64,000 bases of DNA from Marsupella aquatica (lineage: Eukaryota; Plantae; Marchantiophyta), in NCBI GenBank assembly GCA_973895155.1, contig OZ316894.1, positions 17,576,563 to 17,640,562 on the forward strand, written 5' to 3'. Every line of letters starts with the position of its first letter. Position 1 is the first letter of the stretch. Below the pieces are notes generated by a model. The model did no database searches. It had not been told where the DNA came from and saw only the letters and a list, made by a program, of their open reading frames with translations. This document shows positions 25,042 through 36,417 of the stretch, piece by piece. The translations under genes and the position numbers were made by a program.

Positions 25042-26685
25042 ATGATAGAACGTCTCGGCCGCATTTTGAGAAGGGCCGTCCTCTTGAGTGGAGGTGGTCT
25101 GAGTGTGGGTTTGGGGATTGCATATGCCACAGACGACGGAACGAAGAGGGCTGTGAGACTATGGACTGGTATTGGCCCAGTAATTGCACACTACAGATTA
25201 GTGGAGTTCAAACAAAAGATTTTGAAGCAATCGAGACAATCCTTGTTTGCAAAAGCAGAATGGAGCAGATTGCATCATAAATACTCAGATCACGTCCTTC
25301 AAACAATCCAAGAGCTCGGTGGATTCTACATCAAGATAGGGCAGGTCTTGGCCAGCCGCAAGGATCTAATGCCCAAACTGTACATTGAGAAACTCCGAAC
25401 GCTTGAAGACCAGGTTCCCCCTTCTGCTAGTCCGCAGATCATCGAGAACATCTTGAAGACATCTCTGGGAGTCACGAATTTGGAGGACATTTTTGTGGGT
25501 CTGTGCATCGAAAGCCCTTTGGGAACTGCTTCAATTGGGCAAGTATTTCGTGCGAGATTGAAGGAAAATTTGAGTGCCGACGTGGCCATAAAAGTTCAAC
25601 TCCCGGGCGTTGAACATCTGTTCCGATCTGACATCAAGACGGTAAAATCATTTTGCAAAGTACTTGCTCCAGAGCAAGTCGCCGTGTTCGATGAGATCGA
25701 ACGCCAATTCATGACGGAGTTTGACTACAGGAAAGAGGCGGGACACTTGGCTCAAATTCACAAAAACATGAAGAGATTCAAAGAAGTGGTAGTCCCAAAA
25801 CCTTGGATGAAATACTGCACCAAGGAAATTCTAGTCATGGACTATTTGCCTGGTCCCAAACTGATCGATGGAATTAGAGCACAAGGTAGAAAGTGGGCAG
25901 CCAACCAAGGAATCAATTATGACGACTTCGAGAAAGAAATCATAGCCAAGTACGAGAAAGAGGGGCTGCCTCCTGCGTACAATGCACCAGATGTTCATTT
26001 CCTAGACATATATCGTAGAATTTCAATCATTCAAGAACATTTTCTCAATTCTTCCCTTCTTTTGTACAATATCATTGCGCATGTAATCAAAGCTATCTCC
26101 TTTGGAATCATATCCCTTCCTTCACTACCGTACTATGACTTCTTCATACCATTGAATTCGGCTCGAATTATGAACACTCTTCTTAGCGTGCATGGCCACC
26201 AAATTCTTGTGGATGGATGTTTCAATGCGGATCCACACGCTGGGAACTTCCTCCTCCATCCTGATGGCAGGATTGGGTTGATTGACTATGGTCAAGTGAA
26301 GAGATACACTAGACAAGAGAGACTTGAAATTGCAAAGATCATTGCTGCAATGTATAAGAATGATCAAAGATACATCCCTCACATGGTGATAGCAAATGGG
26401 TATAAATCGAAGTACTGTAATCCTGATGTGATTCGCAAGATGATTGTGGTTGTGCTTGATAGAGATGGGAGAGACGTCACTGATGGACTGAATGTCCAGG
26501 AATTCATGGATAAAATGTATGCCCTAGATCCCTGGGAGAAAACGGGAGATTTATTCATCATGCCCTCTAGAGTGTCATTTCTGTTGAGAAGCATTGGGCT
26601 CATGATGAACAATCCTGTCTCTGTATTGCAAGTGTGGGGGCCAATAGCAGAGAAGGTCTTGAAGTCTGAGGGAATGATGAGTTGA
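25042..26685 (+). CDS. ABC1/UbiB/ADCK atypical kinase, intronless, 547 aa
   Basis: LGGFYIKIGQ (KxGQ), PLGTASIGQVFRARL, VAIKVQ.PG, EFDYRKEA, FNADPHAGN, GLIDYGQ. One uninterrupted ORF with an organellar-type N-terminus. Confidence 0.93.
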   Translation: MIERLGRILRRAVLLSGGGLSVGLGIAYATDDGTKRAVRLWTGIGPVIAHYRLVEFKQKILKQSRQSLFAKAEWSRLHHKYSDHVLQTIQELGGFYIKIGQVLASRKDLMPKLYIEKLRTLEDQVPPSASPQIIENILKTSLGVTNLEDIFVGLCIESPLGTASIGQVFRARLKENLSADVAIKVQLPGVEHLFRSDIKTVKSFCKVLAPEQVAVFDEIERQFMTEFDYRKEAGHLAQIHKNMKRFKEVVVPKPWMKYCTKEILVMDYLPGPKLIDGIRAQGRKWAANQGINYDDFEKEIIAKYEKEGLPPAYNAPDVHFLDIYRRISIIQEHFLNSSLLLYNIIAHVIKAISFGIISLPSLPYYDFFIPLNSARIMNTLLSVHGHQILVDGCFNADPHAGNFLLHPDGRIGLIDYGQVKRYTRQERLEIAKIIAAMYKNDQRYIPHMVIANGYKSKYCNPDVIRKMIVVVLDRDGRDVTDGLNVQEFMDKMYALDPWEKTGDLFIMPSRVSFLLRSIGLMMNNPVSVLQVWGPIAEKVLKSEGMMS

Positions 26686-28100
26686 TATTGGTTGAGACTC
26701 AAATCTATTTATCAAAGAAATTAAAAAAATGCTCTCCACAACTTCACAATCTTAGTCACATGGACATAAAACATTGTGAGCATAACTTTTCAATGGACCG
26801 CCAATCAGCTCACTCGACCTGACTCATGGTTGCTTTAAGTTCCATGACTACAACGATCATGTTAAGAATGTTGTTTGTCACAGGGAAAATCATGCTGGAT
26901 AAGAGGCCATACAGTTTACTATTGGAAATATTAATACTGTGCAAACACATATTAATTACTAAAAATAACCAAAAGGAAGCAGTGGCCTTAACCCTTTAGA
27001 ATTCCTTCCAACTATCAGAGGCTTGTATGGTTTGGCCCCTACATGAGGGGGTTTGAGCATTTCATTATTTCCATGGCTACTTTGTGTTTCAACAAAGCTA
27101 GTGAACAAAGTGCTTTGATACAAAATATAAAACTACTCTTTGGGTTGAGGGTGATGCTTGAAGGTATGGCCTTGTGCATGGCATAAATGTCAAGCTCATT
27201 GATTGAACCCACAAATCTCAGCTTCACTAACTATGCACAATTCTGCCTCTTCATGTGTGGTACCTAACCAGTTCTCTACTTCTTAGTTTATCATGAAGAG
27301 GGGCCTCCTGCAGTAAGTTTACTCTCACAACAATGTAGTAAGCCTATGCCAACGTTTATCTATGAGTGCATATAACGGGAAGAGACTGTTGCACATTGTT
27401 ACACTAGTTGGTCGTTTCCAAATCAGCCTGCACTAGCGGTTCCTTTTGGAATCCTCAAATTAACCAGCCCCAAACTCCCCTCTCAAAAGTGGGTATTGAA
27501 CTGCCAGAAAAACGCTCCTCTTTATCACCAAGTCAGCGGAAAAGTTGTTTTAGGAAAGTTTATTTTTTGCGCTGCAAATGAATTTGTTTAACTTTTATTT
27601 ATCTACTGGGACTTTTCGAGTTCCTTCTGGATCCTTAGGATCTCCCTATCAAGTCTGTCAAAGTATAAGTTGGTCAGGAAAGTGTGTGGCCAAACTTCAC
27701 ATGAGGGGTATATAGCTCACTGGGAGCTGGTAATTGCAGAGGAACCAAAGCATGCCATAGAAACATCCGGGAATACCATAGGGGAGAGACAGGTGGGGCG
27801 ACAAAGCCCATCTGAATTAAACAATGGTGAAAACCTTCAAGGAGCACTACAAAGAGACCAAAAATCAGTCAGCAAGCTAGAGAGACGTGAGGGAAAAGTG
27901 AGGGAAAGGGAGGCATGTCAAGGGAAAGAGACCAGTCTTGAATATTTGAGGGTACTAGCCCCGACTACCCATTCTTTGAACGAGCAGAGATGACAATAAA
28001 ACTATTATCAAAATATATTCTCTATTCGTATTCTTTCAAGGTTAATGAAATGGAAAGAAACCAATCATTTTAATAATCATATATAATATACCATCCATCT

Positions 28101-28445
28101 TGTTGAGCATAGACAACAATCGCAACGGCAAGCCCATGAACCATCCAACGCACAAGAGTCAACACAGAGAGATACGTGGTTCACCTCCACATGAAGCTAC
28201 GTCCACGGGAACACACAAGAGCTTTACTGCACTCTAGGCCGACCGGCCATACCAAGCATCCACAGCGCAAGCTCTCTCTATCTCTCAACTCTCTCCATAA
28301 CAATGAGCCTGAGTTCTCACTCTCCAAGCAAACACCGCTTGGGTATAGAGTGTGCACAGCATGACTAACCTAACCAAGTCTGCGACTAAGGTTAGCCTTA
28401 ACTACAGTACAGTCGTTACTCTAGATCTAAGAGTAAATCTTAACA
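28101..28445 (-). mobile_element. Ty1/Copia 3' LTR (~345 bp)
   Basis: Minus strand reads TGTTAAG...CTCAACA, directly after the polypurine tract AAGGGGGAGA (~28447-28456). Confidence 0.75.
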
Positions 28446-28660
28446 ATCTCCCCCTTGACTCTGGTCTAGGGGAGGGTAAAGACTGCTACCAATATGATTG
28501 CTCAACGGGAAGTTCTAGAAAGAAAAACCAAACCGGTTTTTCCCTCTTTATACGAGAGTAGACCAGAACTAAGTCGTAGCATATACAAGGAATGAGCAAG
28601 AGCATATCTCAGTATCTACACAAATGTTAAGTAACCCTAATCGTGAGGCAATTGCAGAAC

Positions 28661-29755
28661 CTACAACACATCACGGTGTCTAGAAAAACTCTCCAAATGA
28701 ATCATTTTGGTAAAAGCGTCAGCCGGGTTGAGTTTACCGTCAATCTTGACTAGCTCAAACATATTATCAGACATAGTCTGCCTGATAAAATGGTACCTGA
28801 CGTTGATGTGCTTCACTTTGCTATCCATCACCTGGTTCACAACAAGGTGGAGCACACTTTGACTATCACAATGGAGCTTCACATTCCCCTATGGCAATCC
28901 CATCTCAGTGATCAGTCTATCCAACCAAATCGCTTCCTTTGCTGCTTCCGCTGTTGCAACATACTCCACTTCTGTAGTAGACTGAGCAATACACTTCTCC
29001 AAAGTAGACCTTCAACTTATGCATCCACCACCAAGTGTGAACACATAACCTGTTGATGACCTCCTCCGATTCAGATCCTATGCATAGTCAGCATCTGTAC
29101 ATAGCCCATCAATGATCTAGCACTATTAACATGTGCATCAAACAATAGACCATGATTCATGGTACCCTTCAAATACCGAATAATCCACTTCATTGCTTCC
29201 CAATCTACCTTTCCTAGATTCGACATGTACCTGCTCACCTTGCCCATAGCTATGGCAAGATCAGGTCTAGTGCAAGTCATCAAATACATGAGACTCTCCA
29301 CTGCCTTGTCATAAGGAACTTTGACATCAGCCCCTTCTCTGTCTCATCCGTAGGACAAAAAGCTGATGACAACTTGAAATATGGAGCCAACGGGGTACTT
29401 ATTGGCTTGCTATCCCCCATGTTAAACCTTGTAATTACCTTCCTTGCATAACTGCCCTGCGTCAATCATAGCTTGGTAGCCTCCAAGTCCCTAGTGATCT
29501 CTATACCCAAAATCCTCTTAGCTGGCCCTAACTCTTTCATCTTAAATTCTGCACTTAGCAGTGCCTTGAGCTTAACAATCTCAGACCTATCCTTGGCCGC
29601 AATAAGCATGTCATCCACATAAAGTACTAAAACAATGAATCCAAAGACAACATTCTTCACTGATTTAAGATACACACAAGGATCAAACACACTCCTATGA
29701 AAGTCTTGTGCACGAATCCAATCATCAAACCGCTTATTCCATTGTCTTGGTGACT
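28661..29755 (-). pseudogene. Ty1/Copia pol fragment (RT and RNase H), degenerate and 5'-truncated
   Basis: QSPRQWNKRFD, DPCVY, LYVDDMLI, SLMYLMTCTRPDL, LHCDSQS, KHINVRYHFIR, NPADAFTK; several frameshifts. Confidence 0.92.
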
Positions 29756-31488
29756 AACAAGAAGCCTTAAGGGATGAGTCCAAAGCCTTATTTCTCTTTT
29801 CAAAATCTTCATGATATTAAAAAATGTGTACCAAAAAACCACCAAAAAATGGTATGTATTTTCCAAACTAGACTCAAGAGAATTTTACCACCAAAATCTA
29901 AGCATATCTTATATGATATTCTCACAATTGTATAAACCTTGAAATATGCACTTTATAAAAGTAATCAAAATCAAACTCATCGATCAGAGTTTAAGTCAAA
30001 CTCAAAGTTTTACAAAATATAACCCAACTTAAGCCCAAGTGGTTTCAAATGCTACAAGTCCCTCTATTTATCTAGTCTAATCCAAAGGGACCGCTTCCCC
30101 TTCCTCGGTTCCGGAAGTCCTTGTCGTCAATTTTGGAACAATTGTGGCATCGTCAACCACGCTATCCTCTCCGGCCTGAGGAATGTCTTCCTCACTCTCC
30201 TCATCCGTCTCCCCCTGTCCGTCTTCCTCTTCAATGTTATCTGCAAGGTTAAGAATCCTCCCTTTCAACACACTGCTCTGTCGCTCGTCAATCTCAATGG
30301 CAACGCAATGTCTCCCCATGGCCAAGGAGGAGGTTGTCCCAGTCCCTGATCCTGAACAAATATCCAAAACCCAGTCTCCAACCTGACTAAAATGACTCAC
30401 TTCCCAATCTAACAATGCACGTGGTTTCTGATAAACATTCACTGCCTTGTTATCCCCGTTGTGTTTCAGCTTCTTAGTCACAGCTGCGCATACAACCACA
30501 TTGTTCCTTGATTCATTTGTGTCAAAATTGAAGTGCTCCAATGACCGTTTACCATCCTGGCTGTGAAAGCCAATTGTAAAGCACTCAAAGTTGTTGTTCA
30601 ATCTTGGTCCACCAGCATTCTTCACATTATCCTTAACCCTGAAAAGTCACAAAAAGTCAAGGAGTTATTTAAACTTAGAAACATGGTTCATGAAATCATG
30701 AATAACTAATAGTTGTTTTTTTCAAAAACAAATATTTCTTACCACACACAATTCTGGAACTCTCCATTACACTCCGCTTTCAAAACGGTCTTGATGGCCT
30801 CATATTGGTCAAGGCTGTGGTGAATGATAATACGCCACAACTTTGCAGTAGTAGCCACCTTGAACGATTGGACCATTTTTGTGATCTCCTCAGTTCCTGG
30901 GCATCCAATAGTGTCCTCATGAAGACATCCAGGCAATGCAAACCCGTAGGGAATATCCACTAAAGCTAATGTGTAAGCCCGACCCGGAACCACCTCATGT
31001 AATCGCTGAGCATCATGAGTAAAAATATCATAGTGCACATCACCAAACTCTGGATGCTCAAACGAATTTGGATGAAGTTCCCCCTCTTGGGTTTGCCGAC
31101 TAGAAGTCTTCATGGATAGCCAATTTTGGGCTTGCACAATATGCGCATTGAATTTGTCCGGGAATGACTTGAGATCTTTGCCTTCCTCATCTCCCTTCTT
31201 TTTCTGGGAGGTGGTATCTTTCTACAAAAAGGAACTATAGAATTAGAAACAAGGATTCCAAATATTAAATGAATTCAAACAATCATTCAAAGAAAGGTGA
31301 CAGAATCTTACCCATGTCTGGAAAACAGGTACGAAATTCTTAAGCACATTGTCTGTGCAATGCTCAGGGTACTTGGTTTTACAACCTGACCAACTCTCCT
31401 CGTGTAGACACGTGAGGAAGGCCTTCTGCACCTGCATCTGAAATTTGTGTCGAGTAAATTCGTGACCCATTTCCTGTAAAGAGAGTTC
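29756..31488 (-). repeat. Left arm of a large inverted repeat
   Basis: Near-identical reverse complement of 38612-40217. Confidence 0.95.
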
Positions 31489-31747
31489 TTTAGTAAGAAC
31501 TCTCTTTAACACTGGGCAAATCATATCAGGATCTTTCAAGGCCTGGATGTGTCTCCACTCTATTAATTTCATGTCCTCATAAGGCAATTTGGCATCTCCG
31601 GACTTAGAGACTTTCTTCTTGCCCTTGTCTCCTTTTTGACCTTTGATCTCACACATCTCCCACTTGTCACAAATCTGCCTCACAAATGACCACACAGGAT
31701 CTTGTCGGAATGCCAACTGAAATAGGTTATCATTGGCATTAAGAACC

Positions 31748-34700
31748 TGTGATGCCTAGCCAGGAATCACTCGGCCAGTGAAGTGGGTAAAGCAGGAATG
31801 CACCCTAGAAACACCTTAGTATAGAGACAAAACAAGGAAAATATAAACAATTAGGGGCGACTATGGAACCCAGGCCGAGGCTGGGGGTAAGGACGCTGGG
31901 GGTGAAAACTCAATTAGGGTTAGGGCGCGTTAAGCGTCGGCGGCTAGGAAGGATCAACGGGAGGAAGGACCTGAAGAGGAGAGGGGTAAGGAGCGCTTGC
32001 AGGAGATGGTGGCTCATTTGTGAGCACGAACTAGGCAGACGACTACGGGAGGCCAACTACTGACAGCTGCTTAGGCAAGCACTCGGGGAGAGAGTAGATA
32101 CCGACGATCGACCTAAGGAGGGTATGAGCAACATCAATCAAGCAGCACATTTCTGGGGATGCCTGTTCGAACGGGCAATTGAGTACATCAAGACTTACGA
32201 GGACGAGGAATCAGAAAGGGCAGCTCAAGAACGGCAGGAGCTCGCTCGATTGTGGGAGCTGCAGAAGACGGCTTTCTTAGGAGGCGAACTCATCAAGGAC
32301 AAGTTCTTGTGGACTCCTACTTCCAATCAGCTCGACGATCTTCTGTTTTGCAAAGACAACGTTGTCGGCATCCGAGAGGCCATCAAGAACTGCAACGACA
32401 TACACTGGGAATTGAAGGGTAGCACGGAAAGGTGGACCCAGGCAACGGTGCTAGGAGAAACCTCCACGGCAGCAGAGATGAAGAGGAAGGGAGCCGTCAA
32501 CGATGAAGCCACCCCGGCAAAAAGAACGAGGTCGGCGGCACCAAAGAAGCCAACCGAGCAGCAGAGCAGGAGGCAGGGAGAAGCCGAAGAGGAGGAGGTT
32601 GATCCCATCAAGGCCATTCCAACCAGGGATGACACCTGGAAGGGCTGGGCGGCAACCCTACCGGTGGAGGTGCAACTACATTTTGCACGGGAGGAGGATG
32701 CATGCTTTACGGCCATGCAGACCAAGAAGTACCAAGGCTTCATGGCCGGATCCGGCTTAGAGGCCTTTGTAAGATTACCATGGCTAAAGCCGGAGGTACC
32801 GGAGTCAGACCTATTAGAATTCGTGGGGTCATGGGAACCCGAGACCAATTGCACGAGGATATATGGGAAGGATTTCTATCTTACTCCCAAAGTGATTGCC
32901 GAAGTGTTTGGCTTGCCGATAGGCAATAAGACCAAAGTTGATACCGGGAAGACCTTGCCTGACAAGGAGTTCCGGTCGTTCCTCAGGCCATCAACGAAGA
33001 ATGGCTTCTTCCGGAACACCTGCACCAACCCGCACATAGGAGAGATGATCGACTTCTTGCGAGTGACCATGCATTGTAACTTGTCAAGGGCAGAGATCGG
33101 CAAGGCACAGGTCTATCTGACAGAGAGGCCAGACCCAAGCCGGGACTACAACGGGTACCTCCTCAACCAATTGAAGAAAATCTTAAAGGAGGAGCAGCAG
33201 GTAATCGGCATGGGGAGCGTGTCGCGGCTTGGCTATCACATGCCGTTGTTGTGCCGGTATGCCAGAGGTCAGACTTTTGCCCCAGTACTTCCCCTGCAGG
33301 TAAGGGCACCCGAGGAAGCTCCAGCACCGAGGCCGGTAGCAGAGAAGCCTCAAACACCTATTAGCCCTACGATCGAGCAGGTGTTTAGGCCAAGGAAGGA
33401 GGACTTGCCGATGCAGCAACCAGGCATGCAGAGTCTGCTGAAACTACTGGAGAAAGAAAAGAGATCGGCATCGGCAATGACAACGGCAACGGCAACAATG
33501 CAGGACACTACTCCTGAGGTAGGCCTACACCGGCTCACAAGAGAAAACCCCTTTGCTGGAGACAAGGAGAGAATCAGGCCGGAATCCAAGCCAGGTGTTC
33601 GAATGTATGTGGGAGTCTCAAGCTCTGAATCTGAGGCTGAATTGCCTGAAGCTCCTACGGATGAAGAGGAGAGGGAGAAGCCGGAAGTCCAAGAAGTAGA
33701 GGAGGCAGTGGAGGACTGCAGCCATGATAACTCCGACTATGGGTCGGACCATCACGTTCCAAGAGTAAGGACCTGTGGCCGGTTTGTCCCCACACTTCCA
33801 AGGGTAGTACGAGGGGACCCCAACCAGCAGAGTAGCCCTGAGTCTCCCCCACCAGATGTTGCTCCCCCGAGCTTTGACGGCATAAAACAGATGGCGCAGG
33901 AATTTCAGGAGCGAATCAGGCAGGAAGAGGAGGCAGCCCTGGCTAAAGAAAAGGATTTGCCAGGAGGAGATTGGCCGGAGGACATCAGGCGGCTAGCCGA
34001 AAAAGGAAGCAAACCTCTAGCCACGATTGAAGTGATCCGCAAGACGGCTTGGGAGCAGAGGCCGCGATGGGCGATGCCGATCACTTCTACTTACTCCACC
34101 TACGCTAAGAATAGAGCCATGGAGTATGGTGAGATGTGTGGGGAACTTGCGCTCGGCATCTTTGGAGAGGAGTTGGAGGTAGGACCCTTTTTCCATAGGG
34201 AGCAGTTGGAGAAGCACCAGTTAGAAGAAGCGGTGGCTTTAGAGAGAAGCAAGAAGGACGAGGTCATTCGGCGGCTTAGGAGGATGGAAGCCGAGATTGA
34301 AGATCTAAGGGCGGCCAAGAAAGCCCAAGATGAACTGCGGATTAAACGGCATGAGCTGAACATCATGCAGGGGCAGTTGGACACCGCGCAAGCTGATAAT
34401 CAGAATATCAAGGATAAACTGACTCAAACGCAGGGAGAGTTGGCCGATATGATCAAAGAGAGGGAGAAGTGGAAGCAAGAGCTGAGGAATGCAGAGGAGG
34501 CCCACATAACAGCCAACAGCCGGGCCATGGCGAAGACCCAAAGAAAGGAATGGGCGTTGAAGGGGGAGCTTGAGAAAATCCGCGGAGCCCTTGAGCAGAA
34601 GGAGGCCGAGTTAGGAAAATCCTATCAAGGGATTATGGCGCTGCAGCAGGAGCTTGCGTCCCTGACGGCCAGCTTCAAGGCCGACCTAAGGGAGAAGGAC

Positions 34701-36417
34701 GAGATGCTCGATCAGACTTACGCCAAGATGAATCAGATGGAGTCTGTCATCATTGCAGAGCTCGACAAGGAGCTAAGAGCAAACCGGGAGGAGAGGGCTA
34801 CCTTGAAGAAAGAACGGGAGGAAGCCCAGAAGGAACTAGAGGAGGCGCGCAAGGACCTGGATGAGACCCAGGAGGAGTTGGAGGAAATCACGAGGAAGAT
34901 GGAGAACCTCCAGCGGCGGGCCGACAACCAAACAGAGCGGCTGAAGAAACAAGCCGCAGTATTTAAGTGCTTGTCTTCATCAGGCCCAACTCCAATTGGG
35001 GCAACCAAGTTACCAGGAGTGGTACTGGCCGAAGAAAAAGCCATGCCACCTGCACCAGTGCCGGAAGTAAGTGGGAAGGGGAAGGGACCAGCTGCCGAAC
35101 CAGAAAAGAAGAAGAAGCGGAAACCTTCAGGGTCAAGGAGTAATACGACTCCACTAGCCGTGGTGACCAAGGAGGTAGACCCAGCACCAACCTCCGGCAT
35201 GAACACGGCAATAGATCCCGCTATCACCAAGGGTGGGGAAGGTGCGGCCCAAGCCGAACTACTCAATCATGAGGCCGGTATCCCAGATCCGTCTCTTGAG
35301 CAAGCCGGGGAAACCGTAGCCGAGGCTGAGGCCGTAGCCGAGAATGATTCCTGAGCCGATGCCGACGCCGATGGTGGACCCAGTTAGGCCGATGGAGAGT
35401 TGACTCAGTCAAGGGTAGGTAATCTGTCAGAAAATGAACCTACGGCAGTGGCTGAGGAGGAAGCGTTGGGGGCGTCCATTGAGGATCCACCACCGGTGTC
35501 GTGACGGTGCAAGGGCGCCGTTCCTTTTAGGAAGGGCGGACGTGGAGGGAGGAGGCGTGAGTGGGCAGGGCGGGCGCTGATCTCCAAGTTTAGGATTAGG
35601 ATCACGACCAGGAGCGGCCCTGACACATAGCTTAGTGGGATTGCGGTTCCACTGGTAGGAGCAACACTTGTGCTCCTGCCTTGCTGTACATAGGTAGATC
35701 CGGGCAAGTAGATTACTGTTAGGTAGATTAGGCTTACGCTGCAAAGAATTAGGCGGATCCACTACCAGGATAAGTACCTGGGCAGCGGGGAGCTCAGGGC
35801 CTCTTCTTTAGCAAGTTTTTAGTTGCACCAGCCGGGCTCGGATCAAGTAGTAAGAGAAGCTCTCGGTTAGTCATACAGTGACCCTTGTGTATATTCATGT
35901 TTCCTCATGCCTAAGAGCTGAATAGAGTTGGCCTCACGGCTTAGTTCATAGAGCTTGTGTATGAGATGTACTGTTTGTATGGCAAGTGCATGGTATGACT
36001 CAGTCAGAATGAGTCATTTTGCTATTTGTGTGTCGCATTAACTTGTGTGAAGAGTGCCCACATCAACTAGAAGGAAGGAAAGTAAGCACGGGAGTGAGAG
36101 TTGGATGTGTCGAGCTGAGAGAGGTCTTAGCGGCTTAACCAAGCCTATTGGGGATCATTCCAGTGGCGGAATCCAAACATACCTAACAAGACGGAGGGGA
36201 AGACGAGGGAAGGCCTAGATTAGGCCGGCTACGTATCTCATGACCCGATGAAGGATCTGTCTAGTATATGTGTGTAAAATGTTAATAGTAGTAGTAGAAG
36301 GTTAGCAGCGTCCCATGCCGCTAAGCCACGGAAACGGCCTCGCCAAGCGCGAAACCTGCGGGAATCGGCTGGAGCTGGGGGATTTCTTGGGTTTAGGGAG
36401 CCATGGGACGCACCACA
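31748..36417 (+). mobile_element. 4.67-kb TG..CA insertion (solo-LTR-like) with a 5-bp TSD
   Basis: Starts TGTGATGC and ends GCACCACA (imperfect inverted termini); GAACC at 31743-31747 and 36418-36422. No paired LTRs, gag or pol seen inside. Confidence 0.85.
32124..35354 (+). CDS. 1076-aa retroelement accessory protein (plant-transposon-protein-like domain plus long coiled coil)
   Basis: Intact intronless ORF. GLEAFV..LLEFVGSW..IYGKDFYLTPKVIAEVFGLP resembles extra ORFs of plant Ty3/Gypsy elements. A ~250-aa heptad coiled coil and a basic KKKKRK motif follow. Confidence 0.75.
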   Translation: MSNINQAAHFWGCLFERAIEYIKTYEDEESERAAQERQELARLWELQKTAFLGGELIKDKFLWTPTSNQLDDLLFCKDNVVGIREAIKNCNDIHWELKGSTERWTQATVLGETSTAAEMKRKGAVNDEATPAKRTRSAAPKKPTEQQSRRQGEAEEEEVDPIKAIPTRDDTWKGWAATLPVEVQLHFAREEDACFTAMQTKKYQGFMAGSGLEAFVRLPWLKPEVPESDLLEFVGSWEPETNCTRIYGKDFYLTPKVIAEVFGLPIGNKTKVDTGKTLPDKEFRSFLRPSTKNGFFRNTCTNPHIGEMIDFLRVTMHCNLSRAEIGKAQVYLTERPDPSRDYNGYLLNQLKKILKEEQQVIGMGSVSRLGYHMPLLCRYARGQTFAPVLPLQVRAPEEAPAPRPVAEKPQTPISPTIEQVFRPRKEDLPMQQPGMQSLLKLLEKEKRSASAMTTATATMQDTTPEVGLHRLTRENPFAGDKERIRPESKPGVRMYVGVSSSESEAELPEAPTDEEEREKPEVQEVEEAVEDCSHDNSDYGSDHHVPRVRTCGRFVPTLPRVVRGDPNQQSSPESPPPDVAPPSFDGIKQMAQEFQERIRQEEEAALAKEKDLPGGDWPEDIRRLAEKGSKPLATIEVIRKTAWEQRPRWAMPITSTYSTYAKNRAMEYGEMCGELALGIFGEELEVGPFFHREQLEKHQLEEAVALERSKKDEVIRRLRRMEAEIEDLRAAKKAQDELRIKRHELNIMQGQLDTAQADNQNIKDKLTQTQGELADMIKEREKWKQELRNAEEAHITANSRAMAKTQRKEWALKGELEKIRGALEQKEAELGKSYQGIMALQQELASLTASFKADLREKDEMLDQTYAKMNQMESVIIAELDKELRANREERATLKKEREEAQKELEEARKDLDETQEELEEITRKMENLQRRADNQTERLKKQAAVFKCLSSSGPTPIGATKLPGVVLAEEKAMPPAPVPEVSGKGKGPAAEPEKKKKRKPSGSRSNTTPLAVVTKEVDPAPTSGMNTAIDPAITKGGEGAAQAELLNHEAGIPDPSLEQAGETVAEAEAVAENDS

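Noticed and set aside
30077-31312. Bacterial contamination or a restriction-modification operon
   Set aside because: The MTase has frame-preserving spliceosomal introns, is interrupted by a plant retroelement-type insertion and has no adjacent endonuclease.
32327-35266. Multiple minus-strand ORFs
   Set aside because: Antisense shadows of the 1076-aa ORF with no motifs.
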